From the NCBI GenBank assembly GCA_030599585.1, contig JAUVNS010000008.1, forward strand, positions 160,001 through 224,000: a DNA stretch of 64,000 bases. The letters run 5' to 3'. Under the pieces are notes generated by a model, which did not search any database, was not told the DNA's origin, and saw only the letters and a list, made by a program, of their open reading frames with translations. Shown piece after piece: positions 1 to 9,899 of this stretch. Origin of the DNA: Promethearchaeota archaeon. GTDB lineage: Archaea; Asgardarchaeota; Lokiarchaeia; Sigyniarchaeales; SOKP01. The position numbers were made by a program, and so were the translations under genes. Position 1 is the first letter of the stretch. Each line of letters begins with the position of its first letter.

Positions 1-167
1 GAGCCCTCTAACACTAAAAAAAATACGGCGTAAGGTTCTGGGTGTGGTTCTATTTCAAATCCTGTTTCTAAGGTGACACGATTAATATTAAACATTTTAG
101 ATTTAATAATCGTCTTTAACAGAGGTTCACCTGATAAAAATTTTACATCTGAGAGAAAATCTTTCAT
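1..167 (-). CDS. Cupin-domain protein (partial, runs off window start; not in ORF track)
   Basis: Manual translation from ATG at 167, which overlaps the permease stop as ATGA: MKDFLSDVKFLSGEPLLKTIIKSKMFNINRVTLETGFEIEPHPEPYAVFFLVLEG...; 'LETGFEIEPHPEP...FLVLEG' fits cupin motif 1. Confidence 0.7.
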   Translation of the reverse strand, partial: MKDFLSDVKFLSGEPLLKTIIKSKMFNINRVTLETGFEIEPHPEPYAVFFLVLEG

Positions 168-979
168 TTTTTCATCACTTCCATTTTTTTTTTCATCATC
201 ATCATCTTTTTCTTTTTGCCTGTTTCTGCTAATCTTTTTGGCATTGTTCTTTTATGTAGAATATAACCTAAAATAATCATACCAACGATCCAAATGAATA
301 ACATACCAATATCAAATTGATACGTAAAGTAATTACTCCCACCTACGGAATATCTTAACAAATCCGTTAAAAATGTTATTGGAGAAAGAAATGCTAAAAA
401 CAATAAGTGGGAAGGCATGGTTTGAAGAGGAATAAAAATTCCACTTATAAAAAGTAGAGGGAACTTAATTAAATTCATGATTATCATTACATCTGAAGTC
501 ATATCTGTAGGGTTCGCTGCAATTAACAGACCAAGCGAAGAACCTAAGATTGACATAAGGACTATACCCAAAAATATTAAAAATATCCCAAAAAACGAGG
601 TAAATACAATGGAAAATAGTAGAGCAAAAATAAGCGCTATTATTGATGTAATTATCAATGAATATAGAGATGAGGCAATTATTATCCCTAATAATATTTC
701 CTTTAACGATATGGGAGAGACTAAAATTCGTTCCAATGATTTTTCACGAGTTTCAATAGGCAGCACCACAGGACTAATTGCTGTAGCAGTAAAGAACGAA
801 GTCATAGATATAATTCCAATAAATACTTGATTGAACGAAATTTCTCTGCCAATAACCCAAGAAAGTGTCATAAAGAAAGGAAACATGAGACCAAAAATTA
901 ACACTGGACCTTTTTTGATATAGAGAGAGATATTTTTTTTACTTAATATCCAAATCCTCTGTAAACTATCTTTTATCAT
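164..979 (-). CDS. ABC-2 type transporter permease
   Basis: About 6 hydrophobic segments; 'ETREKSLERILVSPIS' and 'LFISGIFIPLQTMP...SPIT' ABC-2 motifs; directly follows the ATPase gene. Confidence 0.9.
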   Translation of the reverse strand: MIKDSLQRIWILSKKNISLYIKKGPVLIFGLMFPFFMTLSWVIGREISFNQVFIGIISMTSFFTATAISPVVLPIETREKSLERILVSPISLKEILLGIIIASSLYSLIITSIIALIFALLFSIVFTSFFGIFLIFLGIVLMSILGSSLGLLIAANPTDMTSDVMIIMNLIKFPLLFISGIFIPLQTMPSHLLFLAFLSPITFLTDLLRYSVGGSNYFTYQFDIGMLFIWIVGMIILGYILHKRTMPKRLAETGKKKKMMMMKKKMEVMKK

Positions 980-1960
980 TTATTTCCCCTCCCCTCTAGA
1001 ATCTTTATTAATTAGATGGATAAATACCTCTTCTAACGACGTCTCTTCTATTTTTAAATCAGAAATCTTTAAATTATTTTCTTCAGAAAATTTATTTAGT
1101 TTAGTTATATCCTTTAGAGCGTTAGAACTCGAAAAAACAAGATAATCGTTCTTTTCCTTCAAATTCTTAAACATTTTCTTCATCTTATTTTTTAGATCAT
1201 CGGATAAAACGCCATCAATTTTAAATATAATAGAATCTGTAGATTTAAATCGTTCGCGCAGGTTATTAGGACTCTCATCAGCAATTATTTTGCCTCTATT
1301 CATAATTAGAATTCTATCGCAGATAGTTTGCGCTTCTCGTAAGTCGTGAGTAGTGATTAAGATTGTTTTCCCTTCTTTTTTTAATTGAAGAATATAGGTC
1401 CTCATCATCTTAGCGGAAATTGGATCCAAACCGCTTGTAGGTTCGTCAAGAATAAGGATTGGTGGTTCGTGAAGTAATGCTAAACAAAAATTAAGACGTT
1501 GTTTGAGCCCTTTCGATAGTGTTTTTGTTTTAAAATGCCTTTTTTCAATTAATTCAAACTGGTTCAATAATTTTTTAGCTCGGATTTCGATGTCTTCCTT
1601 TGATATACCATAGATTCCACCTGAAAAATTCAAATTTTGCCAAACGGTATAATCTGAAAACGCATTACTAATTTCTGGAACAATTCCAAAATTCATTTTA
1701 TATTTATTTGGATTTTCTGTCATATCCTTTTCAAATATTTCAATTCTTGCCTGGTCATCTAATTTAAAAATACCCGTCAATAATCGAATTGTGGTGGTCT
1801 TTCCCGCACCATTAGGACCAAGGATACCTACAATTTCTCCCTTATTAATAGTAAAGGAAACATTGTCTACAGCAATAAGATCTTCAAATTCTTTTCTAAG
1901 ATTGAAGGCTCTAATCGCACATTTATCTTCTTTATTCGGATTTTGGATTTTTGTTGCCAT
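980..1960 (-). CDS. ABC transporter ATP-binding protein (DrrA/NodI-like exporter)
   Basis: Walker A GPNGAGKTT, signature LSKGLKQR, Walker B ILILDEP, H-loop TTH, C-terminal SLEEVF. Confidence 0.95.
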   Translation of the reverse strand: MATKIQNPNKEDKCAIRAFNLRKEFEDLIAVDNVSFTINKGEIVGILGPNGAGKTTTIRLLTGIFKLDDQARIEIFEKDMTENPNKYKMNFGIVPEISNAFSDYTVWQNLNFSGGIYGISKEDIEIRAKKLLNQFELIEKRHFKTKTLSKGLKQRLNFCLALLHEPPILILDEPTSGLDPISAKMMRTYILQLKKEGKTILITTHDLREAQTICDRILIMNRGKIIADESPNNLRERFKSTDSIIFKIDGVLSDDLKNKMKKMFKNLKEKNDYLVFSSSNALKDITKLNKFSEENNLKISDLKIEETSLEEVFIHLINKDSRGEGK

Positions 1961-2181
1961 GTGAATAACATCCTACAAAATAAAACAATAGCACTTAAAA
2001 ATAATTTTCTTTGAGCATTATAATTACTGCTTTACAGATAAAGCCTATTGTATAAAATGCAGAACAAAATCAATCAATAATACAATTATTTTATAATCAA
2101 AATTTTTCAAGCAGCCATAAAATTATTTTAAATTGAATGAAAATTTAACATTACATAGCTAAATATAATGTGATTTTAACC

Positions 2182-3855
2182 ATGTTTGACAAAGATTATT
2201 TAGAAAAAATCAAAATAGAAAAGGAAAAGTGGGAAGAAAAATTAAAAGAATCAAAAGAGCGCGATGTTAAGTTCGTAACTGATTCTGAAATTCCTATAAA
2301 AAGGATTTATACTCCATTAGATGTTAAGGGGGATTATTTAGATACGGTAAATTTTCCAGGACAAGAACCCTTTACACGAGGAGTTTATCCTAGTATGTAC
2401 CGAGGGCGATTATGGACGATGAGGTTATTCTCCGGGCATGGAACTCCTGAAGAAACTAACTTGCGATGGAAGTACTTGTATGAAAATGGTGAAACAGGTT
2501 TCAGTGCTGCTGTAGATGCCCTCACATTTAACGGTATCGATCCAACGAATCCTGATGGTGCTCCAGAGGTCGGTACGTCTGGTGTACCTCTATATTGCAT
2601 TGATAGTCTTTTTGCTCTAACTGAAGATATACCTATAGATAAAATTAGTGTAGCTTTAGTCGTTGAGCCCTTTACGTGCGCTCCCGTCTGTGCAATGTAT
2701 TTTAACATGGCTAAAATGCGTGGCTATGATTTAAAAAATTTGATGGGAACAACTCAAAACGATATTTTAACGATGACGGTCGGGTACATCCCGTACAAGA
2801 ACAGTCCACCAAACCATTTGTTAAGGGTTGCGTGTGATTTTATTGAATGGACAGTAGCTCAGAAAAACGTTCCTCTTTGGCATCCTATCAATTTTACGGG
2901 ATATAACTACAGAGAGGGAGGCATAGACGCGGTTCAAGAATTAGGTTTCGTATTTGCGAGCGCTTGTTCTCACATTGATAATTTAATCGAGAGAGGTTGG
3001 AAAGCTGATGACTTTGTAGGTAGACTAGCTTTTCATTTAGCCGCTCATAAAGATTTCTTTGAAGAAATAGCCAAATACCGCGCAGCTAGACGAATTTGGT
3101 CTAAGCTCATGAAGGATAAATACGAAGTGAAAAACCCCAAAAATCTTGGTTTTAGATTCCACGTACAAACTGCAGGAAGCTCTTTAACTGCCCAGTTACC
3201 TATGATTAATATCGTTCGCACAGCGATACAAGGGTTAGAGGCTAATTTAGGGGGGTGTCAATCTCTTCATACTAACTCTTACGATGAAGCAATATGCTTA
3301 CCATCGGAACAGGCGGCTCTTGTTGCGTTAAGAACTCAACAAGTGATCGCAGATGAAACTCGAATTACCAATACGATAGATCCCTTGGCGGGGAGCTATT
3401 ATGTCGAATGGTTAACTGATGAAGTCGAGGAAAGAGTATGGAACTACATGGATAAAATTCAAAAAGTAGGGTCCATCGATAAAGCATTGTCTACGGGCTG
3501 GCTCTATAAAGAAATGCGAGACGCTTTCCATAAGAGAAGAACCCGTATGGAGAAAGGGGAAGAAATCATGCTTGGTGTCAATAAATATAACGTACCTTAC
3601 GATACGGTTACCGATGTTTTCAGAACATCAAAAAAAGCTATCGATATCGAAGTAAATAGGATTAATAAATTAAAAGCAAGGAGAGACAACGCAAAACTAG
3701 AGAAAATTTTAGACAAGTTAAGAACTGTATGCGAGAAGGAGGAGAATGTTATGCCCATAATAATGGAAGCTACAAAAGAAGGAGCCACTGTTGGCGAGAT
3801 ATGTGATATTTATAGAGAAATATGGGGCATATGGGAACCACCATTAGCTATATAA
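2182..3855 (+). CDS. B12-dependent acyl-CoA mutase, large (substrate-binding) subunit; methylmalonyl-/isobutyryl-CoA mutase family with non-canonical active site
   Basis: PGQEPFTRGVYPSMYRGRLWTMR, QNDIL, FFEEIAKYRAARRIW, QSLHTNSYDEA, DPLAGSYYVE motifs; ATG at 2182 preferred over GTG 2170. Confidence 0.93.
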   Translation: MFDKDYLEKIKIEKEKWEEKLKESKERDVKFVTDSEIPIKRIYTPLDVKGDYLDTVNFPGQEPFTRGVYPSMYRGRLWTMRLFSGHGTPEETNLRWKYLYENGETGFSAAVDALTFNGIDPTNPDGAPEVGTSGVPLYCIDSLFALTEDIPIDKISVALVVEPFTCAPVCAMYFNMAKMRGYDLKNLMGTTQNDILTMTVGYIPYKNSPPNHLLRVACDFIEWTVAQKNVPLWHPINFTGYNYREGGIDAVQELGFVFASACSHIDNLIERGWKADDFVGRLAFHLAAHKDFFEEIAKYRAARRIWSKLMKDKYEVKNPKNLGFRFHVQTAGSSLTAQLPMINIVRTAIQGLEANLGGCQSLHTNSYDEAICLPSEQAALVALRTQQVIADETRITNTIDPLAGSYYVEWLTDEVEERVWNYMDKIQKVGSIDKALSTGWLYKEMRDAFHKRRTRMEKGEEIMLGVNKYNVPYDTVTDVFRTSKKAIDIEVNRINKLKARRDNAKLEKILDKLRTVCEKEENVMPIIMEATKEGATVGEICDIYREIWGIWEPPLAI

Positions 3856-3869
3856 TTGAGGTGTTAACT

Positions 3870-4268
3870 ATGAGTGATAGAAAAATTAGAGTTTTAATGT
3901 CAAAACCGGGTATTGATGGTCATTGGCGAGGCGGTATCGTAGTGTCCAGAGCATTAAGAGATGCTGGAATGGAACTTATTTTCGGAGGATTTCAGAATGT
4001 CAATCAGATAGTTGAAGCAGCAATTCAAGAAGATATCGATGTTCTTGGCTTATCCATACATAGTGGGGCTCATTTTGCGTATACAAAACAGGTGATCGAT
4101 TTATTAAAAGAAAAAGGTGTTTTCAAGGACATTCTCATTTTAGTAGGTGGGGTTATACCTGCACAAGACTTTCCAAAATTAAAAGAAATAGGCGTAGCTA
4201 ATGTTTATGGTCCTGGTTCAATGACAAGCGATATTGTAGAATTTATACGAGATAATGTAAAGAAATAA
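3870..4268 (+). CDS. Acyl-CoA mutase small (cobalamin-binding) subunit
   Basis: DxHxxG motif (DGHWRG), LGLSIHSGAH, VGGVIP; GAGGTG RBS at 3858-3863 before ATG 3870. Confidence 0.93.
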   Translation: MSDRKIRVLMSKPGIDGHWRGGIVVSRALRDAGMELIFGGFQNVNQIVEAAIQEDIDVLGLSIHSGAHFAYTKQVIDLLKEKGVFKDILILVGGVIPAQDFPKLKEIGVANVYGPGSMTSDIVEFIRDNVKK

Positions 4269-4345
4269 TCTCATATTCATATTCTTTTTATTAATTCTTA
4301 AAAAATAAATCAGCACATTGTAATAATAATCTGAGCTGTAAAAAA

Positions 4346-5584
4346 ATGGTAAAATCTTTTCAAATCCCTTGGGCAGCATGGAGAGAGCCTGATTATTTGG
4401 AATTATCCTTTCCCGATTCCTGGGATGTATCTGCTTGTAGGATGAATGGTGCTGATGGACCTGTTTTAAATGATGATGAAATCAAACATTCGATTTTAAA
4501 TCCGATTGGGACTCAAAGGATATCGGAGTTAGCAAGATGTAAGGAAACTATAGTTATTGTAGTTGATGATATGACAAGAACTACTCCCGTATCAAGAATC
4601 ATTCCTCATGTCCTTGAAGAATTAGATAAAGCAAGTATAAATCTTGATCAAATCACAATATTACTGGCTTTAGGTGCCCACAAGCCAATGAATAGACAAG
4701 ACTGCATTCTTAAACTCGGAAAAGATGTAGTAAATACAATTAACATAGAAAATCATCATCCCTACGAAAACTTAACAAACTTTGGGGAATCCAAGATAGG
4801 CACGCCAATAGACGTTAATTCGACTTATTTGAAATCTGATTTAAAAATTTCTATTGGGGGTGTGATTCCTCATCCATTAGCCGGATTTGGGGGAGGTGCT
4901 AAAAATGTATTACCTGGAGTATGTGGAATTCGAACACTTGAGGCCAATCATTCTGCTGGTATGCGAGGGATTGGTGCGGGGATAGGGCGAATGACGGATA
5001 TTAGAAAGGATATCGAGGATATTGCCGATAAGGTTGGATTAGACTTTTCTATCAATGCAATCTTAACCGAATCAGGAGAAATTGCGGCCATGAGTTCAGG
5101 ACATTTCAGAGACGCCCATAGAAAAGCAATGGAAATAGGGAAAAGGAATTACTGTACTAAAATCACTATTAACAACCAAATTTGCTTCTTCAATCTATTT
5201 CCTGAGGATTCTGAACTAAACCAATCAATTAAGGGATTTAATTTTTTAATGAACGCTCCAAATAACATGCTCGAAAGAAGAGGTAGTATTGTTCTAATGT
5301 CGTCTTCATACGAAGGTCGAGGATATCATAGTCTGATTGCCGAAACAGGAGCTAAACTATATAAAAATATTGGTGATAGTATCGTATGGAAAGCATTTGT
5401 TAAAAAAAGAAAAGTATATTTCTTTTCACCAAATATTAGTGAACCTGAATTGTATCATTTTTATCCAAAGTCCGTGAAACTATATCACGATTGGAACAAT
5501 TTACTAGACGAATTAACCAAAGTCCATGGAGAAACTCCAAAAGCAGCACTCTTTCCGTGTAGCATACAATTAGCTGAAAAATAA
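4346..5584 (+). CDS. LarA-family (nickel-pincer-dependent alpha-hydroxyacid racemase/epimerase, DUF2088) protein
   Basis: DDMTRTTP, ALGAHKPM, PHPLAGFGGGAKNVLPGVCG, EANH motifs. Confidence 0.85.
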   Translation: MVKSFQIPWAAWREPDYLELSFPDSWDVSACRMNGADGPVLNDDEIKHSILNPIGTQRISELARCKETIVIVVDDMTRTTPVSRIIPHVLEELDKASINLDQITILLALGAHKPMNRQDCILKLGKDVVNTINIENHHPYENLTNFGESKIGTPIDVNSTYLKSDLKISIGGVIPHPLAGFGGGAKNVLPGVCGIRTLEANHSAGMRGIGAGIGRMTDIRKDIEDIADKVGLDFSINAILTESGEIAAMSSGHFRDAHRKAMEIGKRNYCTKITINNQICFFNLFPEDSELNQSIKGFNFLMNAPNNMLERRGSIVLMSSSYEGRGYHSLIAETGAKLYKNIGDSIVWKAFVKKRKVYFFSPNISEPELYHFYPKSVKLYHDWNNLLDELTKVHGETPKAALFPCSIQLAEK

Positions 5585-5675
5585 CATTAATTATTCTCTT
5601 TTTGGAGAATTGATTAATAAAAAAATAAAAAAATAATCTTACGATTTTTGGTTCTAATACTAATTTTGTGTTCTT

Positions 5676-7151
5676 CTATCGCTTAACATTCAATTTGTCG
5701 TTGATTCCCGCAATGTCTTTTACAATTTTTTTTCTAAATTCAAGATCGTATTGTGATGTGATGGCAATTTGTTCCATTACTGGGGAACCCCCACCATGAT
5801 AACCTCCCATTTGAGATATTCCTCCTGTTGCGGAACAAAGCATATCTCCAACAAATCTCCAGAATTGTGCAGCATTTTCAGGTGCGATCTTTGGATTTCT
5901 CGTAATGTATTTATAAAGATGATCCTTAACTTCTGGATTCAGAAAATCTCTTTCATGAGGGAAAGTAGCTGGTATACCACCTGAGATATCACATATTATT
6001 TCTGCCTCTCGGTATACATTTTCTCCCGTTAAGCATCTTCCTACATTACAATAAATTGAATTTGGAATATAACTCCCCGGTCCATAAGGAACAAAGCCCA
6101 TACCTGGCACGAATACTTCGGGTTTACCTAGATCCGAAGCTGTATATCCCGCAGCGTAGCCTAGTTCCGTAACCATAATTAATTCCGCTAATTTATGTCT
6201 CACATGGGAAGCTCTTTGAATATTATTGTATTCTGCGGCTAAAGCGGCCGTACCTACTATCAAATCTCCAATAGCAGGCTTACACCCTGAATAGCTGTGT
6301 CGATGAAATAAACCAAATAACAAGGCAAGAACACCACCGTGTTGATGTTCCCCACAAAGAAAAACTCTCTCCCAGGGAACAAAAACATTGTCAAAAATTA
6401 TGTAAGAATCCGTAGCCCCTGGCATAAATCCTCTTTTGAAATGTTCTCTTTCTCTTAGGTTGTGAATTGTAACAACTTGTTTTACGCCTTCATAATCACC
6501 AGGGACTGCAAATGCAACGGCATAATCTTTATCTTCTGGTCTTAGCGCTCTTGTAGGAACAACTAGTATTTCATCGGAGACTGAAGCTTCAGAAATGTGA
6601 ACTTTACATCCATTCACAATAATTCCGTCGCTTCTTTTTTCTACCACATGAACATACATATCTGGGTCTTCTTGATCAGCGGGTCGTTTTATTCGATTAC
6701 CTTTAACGTCTGTTTGAGCACACGCAGCAATTAAATCTTCCTTTTGAAACCGTATCATCCATTTTTTAAAGTTTTCGTGGTAATTAGTCTCTCCTTTGTT
6801 TAATTTATCCGCTTCAAAGCTAACATTATATATTGCGTTAGCTGCGTCACAGCCCATACACCGTTGAATGCAACCGCCAACCTTTTGACATAATCTCCGG
6901 GTCATGTCTTGTTTTTTATGAAGATCGTCCGTACTTTGGTGGATGTGTGTAAATCGATTAATTATTTCACCGGTTAGATGAGATTTAACTTTCATTAAAT
7001 CGCCGTATTCCTCAAACATATCGAAGGTTGTCCCGATCGTGTTAATGCAATTCATTTGTCGTTCGTCTAATCTATCAATCTTTTCGCCGTTGTAGTAGAG
7101 ATTGCTTTTCATTTTACTTAAATCGTTCATATATTCTTCTTTTGTTCTCAT
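5676..7151 (-). CDS. 4-hydroxybutyryl-CoA dehydratase-like FAD/[4Fe-4S] protein (AbfD/HpaB fold)
   Basis: GCIQRCMGCD (Cx3C), AQTDVKGNR, GCKVHIS, FDNVFVPWERVF, HRHSYSGCK (His/Cys cluster ligands), HGGGSP. Confidence 0.88.
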   Translation of the reverse strand: MRTKEEYMNDLSKMKSNLYYNGEKIDRLDERQMNCINTIGTTFDMFEEYGDLMKVKSHLTGEIINRFTHIHQSTDDLHKKQDMTRRLCQKVGGCIQRCMGCDAANAIYNVSFEADKLNKGETNYHENFKKWMIRFQKEDLIAACAQTDVKGNRIKRPADQEDPDMYVHVVEKRSDGIIVNGCKVHISEASVSDEILVVPTRALRPEDKDYAVAFAVPGDYEGVKQVVTIHNLREREHFKRGFMPGATDSYIIFDNVFVPWERVFLCGEHQHGGVLALLFGLFHRHSYSGCKPAIGDLIVGTAALAAEYNNIQRASHVRHKLAELIMVTELGYAAGYTASDLGKPEVFVPGMGFVPYGPGSYIPNSIYCNVGRCLTGENVYREAEIICDISGGIPATFPHERDFLNPEVKDHLYKYITRNPKIAPENAAQFWRFVGDMLCSATGGISQMGGYHGGGSPVMEQIAITSQYDLEFRKKIVKDIAGINDKLNVKR

Positions 7152-7257
7152 TTTTATACCTCTTTTTACGCTTTGATAAATTTGTTTATTTGATTAATCA
7201 TTATTACTTTTATCTATAAATAATTAATACCTTTTTTATGAAAAAGATGATGCAATA

Positions 7258-8463
7258 ATGGATATTTATGATGAAATTTTTAAAATGTGTTCTGCGCATG
7301 GTATAACGTTCTATTCTACTTTACCTTGTTCGCATAATTTAAAATTTATACAAAAACTTGAAGGACTTAATGGAGAAATCTTACAAAATGCAGATAAACC
7401 TTTAATTCACATTCCCCTTGTAAGGGAAGAAAGTGGTGTGTCATTGAGCGCCGGAGCTTATCTTGGGGGTAGAAAAACCGCTATGGTAATTCAAAACCAA
7501 GGCTTAGGGAACATGATTACCCTGTTGCTTTCATTAAATAGCCATCTTAATGGTTCATACAGAATTCCTAATTTATTAATAATAAGTCACCGTGGATTAG
7601 CGAACGAAAAAATCAATGCTCAAAAGCCCGTTGGCTCAAAATCAAAAAATATTCTTGATTTAGTTGGATTTAAACATTGTTCTGTTAAATATATATCAGA
7701 TCTTACAAAGTTTCAAGAATTATTAGAAGAATATGATAAAGGTCAAAATATAGCATTATTAGTAGAACCTGATCATTCTAAACCTCTTTATAGAATTGAA
7801 AGTGAGAAAAATATAACAAGGGATTTCAAAGGAAACACAATTCCAATGAATAAAATCCAAACCACTATGACTAGACATAAAGCGATTTCTGAAATAATAT
7901 TTCAAATAGAGGATGAATTTGTAGTTTCTAATTTAGGTCATCCAAGCAGAGAATTACATAGGATAAAAGATAGAAAGAGAAATTTCTATTTGACATCTTG
8001 TTTAGGTCATTCCTATACCTTATCGCTAGGATTAGCGTTAAGTACAGAGGATTTAGATCAGAAGATTATATGTCTTGAAGGTGATGGAGGATTATTGATG
8101 AATGCTGGGTCTTTATCGATCCTAGCTCATAAAAAACCAAAGAATTTAATTGTAATACTTCTGGATAATGGTGTTTTGGGATCCACCGGAAATACTGAAA
8201 CATATGCTTTAAATGACGTGAATTTAAGCGGTGTAGCACAAGCATTTGGATTTCCAAAATCTAATATAAAAATTATATCAAAAGAAGAAAATTTAGCAGA
8301 AAACTTGAGAAAAGCACTAAAAAACGATGGTCCTTTTTTATTTCATGTTATTATTACAGATGAGTATGAAAGCGTTCCTATTCTGCCATTTTCCGTTATA
8401 GAGATTAAGGAGAGATTCATGAAATCAATTGAGGATGCTAGAGTATCTAATGATCAAATATAA
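7258..8463 (+). CDS. Fused sulfopyruvate/phosphonopyruvate decarboxylase alpha+beta (ComDE-like, ThDP-dependent)
   Basis: N-domain LPCS...VREESGVSLSAGAYLGG...QNQGLGN; C-domain VSNLGHPSRELH...RNFY and ThDP motif GDGGLLMN...LDN. Confidence 0.85.
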   Translation: MDIYDEIFKMCSAHGITFYSTLPCSHNLKFIQKLEGLNGEILQNADKPLIHIPLVREESGVSLSAGAYLGGRKTAMVIQNQGLGNMITLLLSLNSHLNGSYRIPNLLIISHRGLANEKINAQKPVGSKSKNILDLVGFKHCSVKYISDLTKFQELLEEYDKGQNIALLVEPDHSKPLYRIESEKNITRDFKGNTIPMNKIQTTMTRHKAISEIIFQIEDEFVVSNLGHPSRELHRIKDRKRNFYLTSCLGHSYTLSLGLALSTEDLDQKIICLEGDGGLLMNAGSLSILAHKKPKNLIVILLDNGVLGSTGNTETYALNDVNLSGVAQAFGFPKSNIKIISKEENLAENLRKALKNDGPFLFHVIITDEYESVPILPFSVIEIKERFMKSIEDARVSNDQI

Positions 8464-8565
8464 AATTGTTGAAGATTTTGAATTAGCAAGACGAAATACG
8501 CTGAATTCATAAATTTTTTTGAGTAGAATTAATTTATGTTATGATATTATTAACATAAATTTATC

Positions 8566-9774
8566 ATGACTGAAGACAGATTGCAAGTTTATTCTTATCG
8601 ATGGATTCTCTTATTCATCTTTATGTTAGGTAATGTATCACTTCAGATTTTGTGGATTTCTTATGCGACTGTAACACTAGAAGCGGCTGTATATTATAGT
8701 GTAGGTGAATTTGAGATTCTTTTTTTATCGACAATTTTCATGATTACCTACATCCCTGTTTCGTTTATCGCGACTTGGTTTATTAATAAGTTTGGTTTTA
8801 AAATGGGTGTAGGATTAGGAGCTATAATTAATGGCGTTTTTGGCTTTTTAAAAGCTTTAGCTGGACCAAATTATCTTCTAGTTTTATTCTTTCAGATCAT
8901 GATTTCTGTAAGCCAACCGTTTTTCTTAAACAGCGTTTCATTACTATCCGCTAATTGGTTTCCGGAGTCGGAACGCACTAAAGCAACCGGTCTTTCAATA
9001 ATTTCTCAGTTTTTAGGTATCGCTCTTGGTATGGTTCTAACACCAATTTTAGTAGTATTGTACAGTTTTGAAGCGATGATACTTATTTATGGGTTATATG
9101 CTTTAATAATTGGTATAGTGTTTGTCATACTAGCTCGAGATAAACCTCCTACACCACCATCAATAAAGGTTCTTAAAAAAGATGATAAAATAAAAGGAGG
9201 ACTAAATCTACTTTTTTCTAATAAGCAGTTCTGGATACTAATTATTATTATCTTCGTAGGTTTTGGAGCATTTAATATGGTAACAACTTATATCGAGCTT
9301 ATTGTTGCTCCCAGAGGATTAACTTCTATCGAAGCTGGAAATCTTGGTGGATTAATGCTTTTAGGAGGTATAATAGGAGCACAAGTGTTGTCAACATTAG
9401 CAGATAAATTACGGAAAAGAGTATTATTAATAAAAATCTCGCTAATAATTACAGTCACTTCTTTTTTTCTATTATCATTTGCTAACACTACCATTATGTT
9501 ATATGTTTCTGGTATATTATTAGGATTCGGATTATTTTCTGTTGGTCCTGTTTTAATAGAATATGCCGTTGATATTACGGCACCCGTTCCGGAAGCAACT
9601 TCAAACGGGTTGCTTATGGTGATAGGTTCTATCAGTGGAATTATATTTATCTTAGGTTTTGAAGGATTTACTACTCCTTCAGGAGATTATTTCCCTGCTT
9701 TGATCGCATTGTCCATCCTTTCCTTAGTTTCATTTCTTCTCTCCTTCTTTCTTAAAGATCTCAAAATAGATTGA
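8566..9774 (+). CDS. MFS transporter (FLVCR-like)
   Basis: About 12 TM segments; VYSYRW start, WFPESER motif, DKPPTPPS. Confidence 0.88.
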   Translation: MTEDRLQVYSYRWILLFIFMLGNVSLQILWISYATVTLEAAVYYSVGEFEILFLSTIFMITYIPVSFIATWFINKFGFKMGVGLGAIINGVFGFLKALAGPNYLLVLFFQIMISVSQPFFLNSVSLLSANWFPESERTKATGLSIISQFLGIALGMVLTPILVVLYSFEAMILIYGLYALIIGIVFVILARDKPPTPPSIKVLKKDDKIKGGLNLLFSNKQFWILIIIIFVGFGAFNMVTTYIELIVAPRGLTSIEAGNLGGLMLLGGIIGAQVLSTLADKLRKRVLLIKISLIITVTSFFLLSFANTTIMLYVSGILLGFGLFSVGPVLIEYAVDITAPVPEATSNGLLMVIGSISGIIFILGFEGFTTPSGDYFPALIALSILSLVSFLLSFFLKDLKID

Positions 9775-9899
9775 TATCGCATTCTTCATTTTATGCGGTC
9801 CTCTCTAAAGAATTTGTAAGTAAATCTTTATAAACCAATTTCGCATATTTTTACCTTATATCAAGAAAACGATATACGCTTTTTTGGAGGTAATAAAAA

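Noticed and set aside
168-220. (TCA)n/poly-T run encoding KKKKMMMMKKKM at the permease C-terminus as a phase-variable switch
   Set aside because: A short low-complexity tail; triplet slippage keeps the frame, and the ATGA coupling to the cupin gene is intact.
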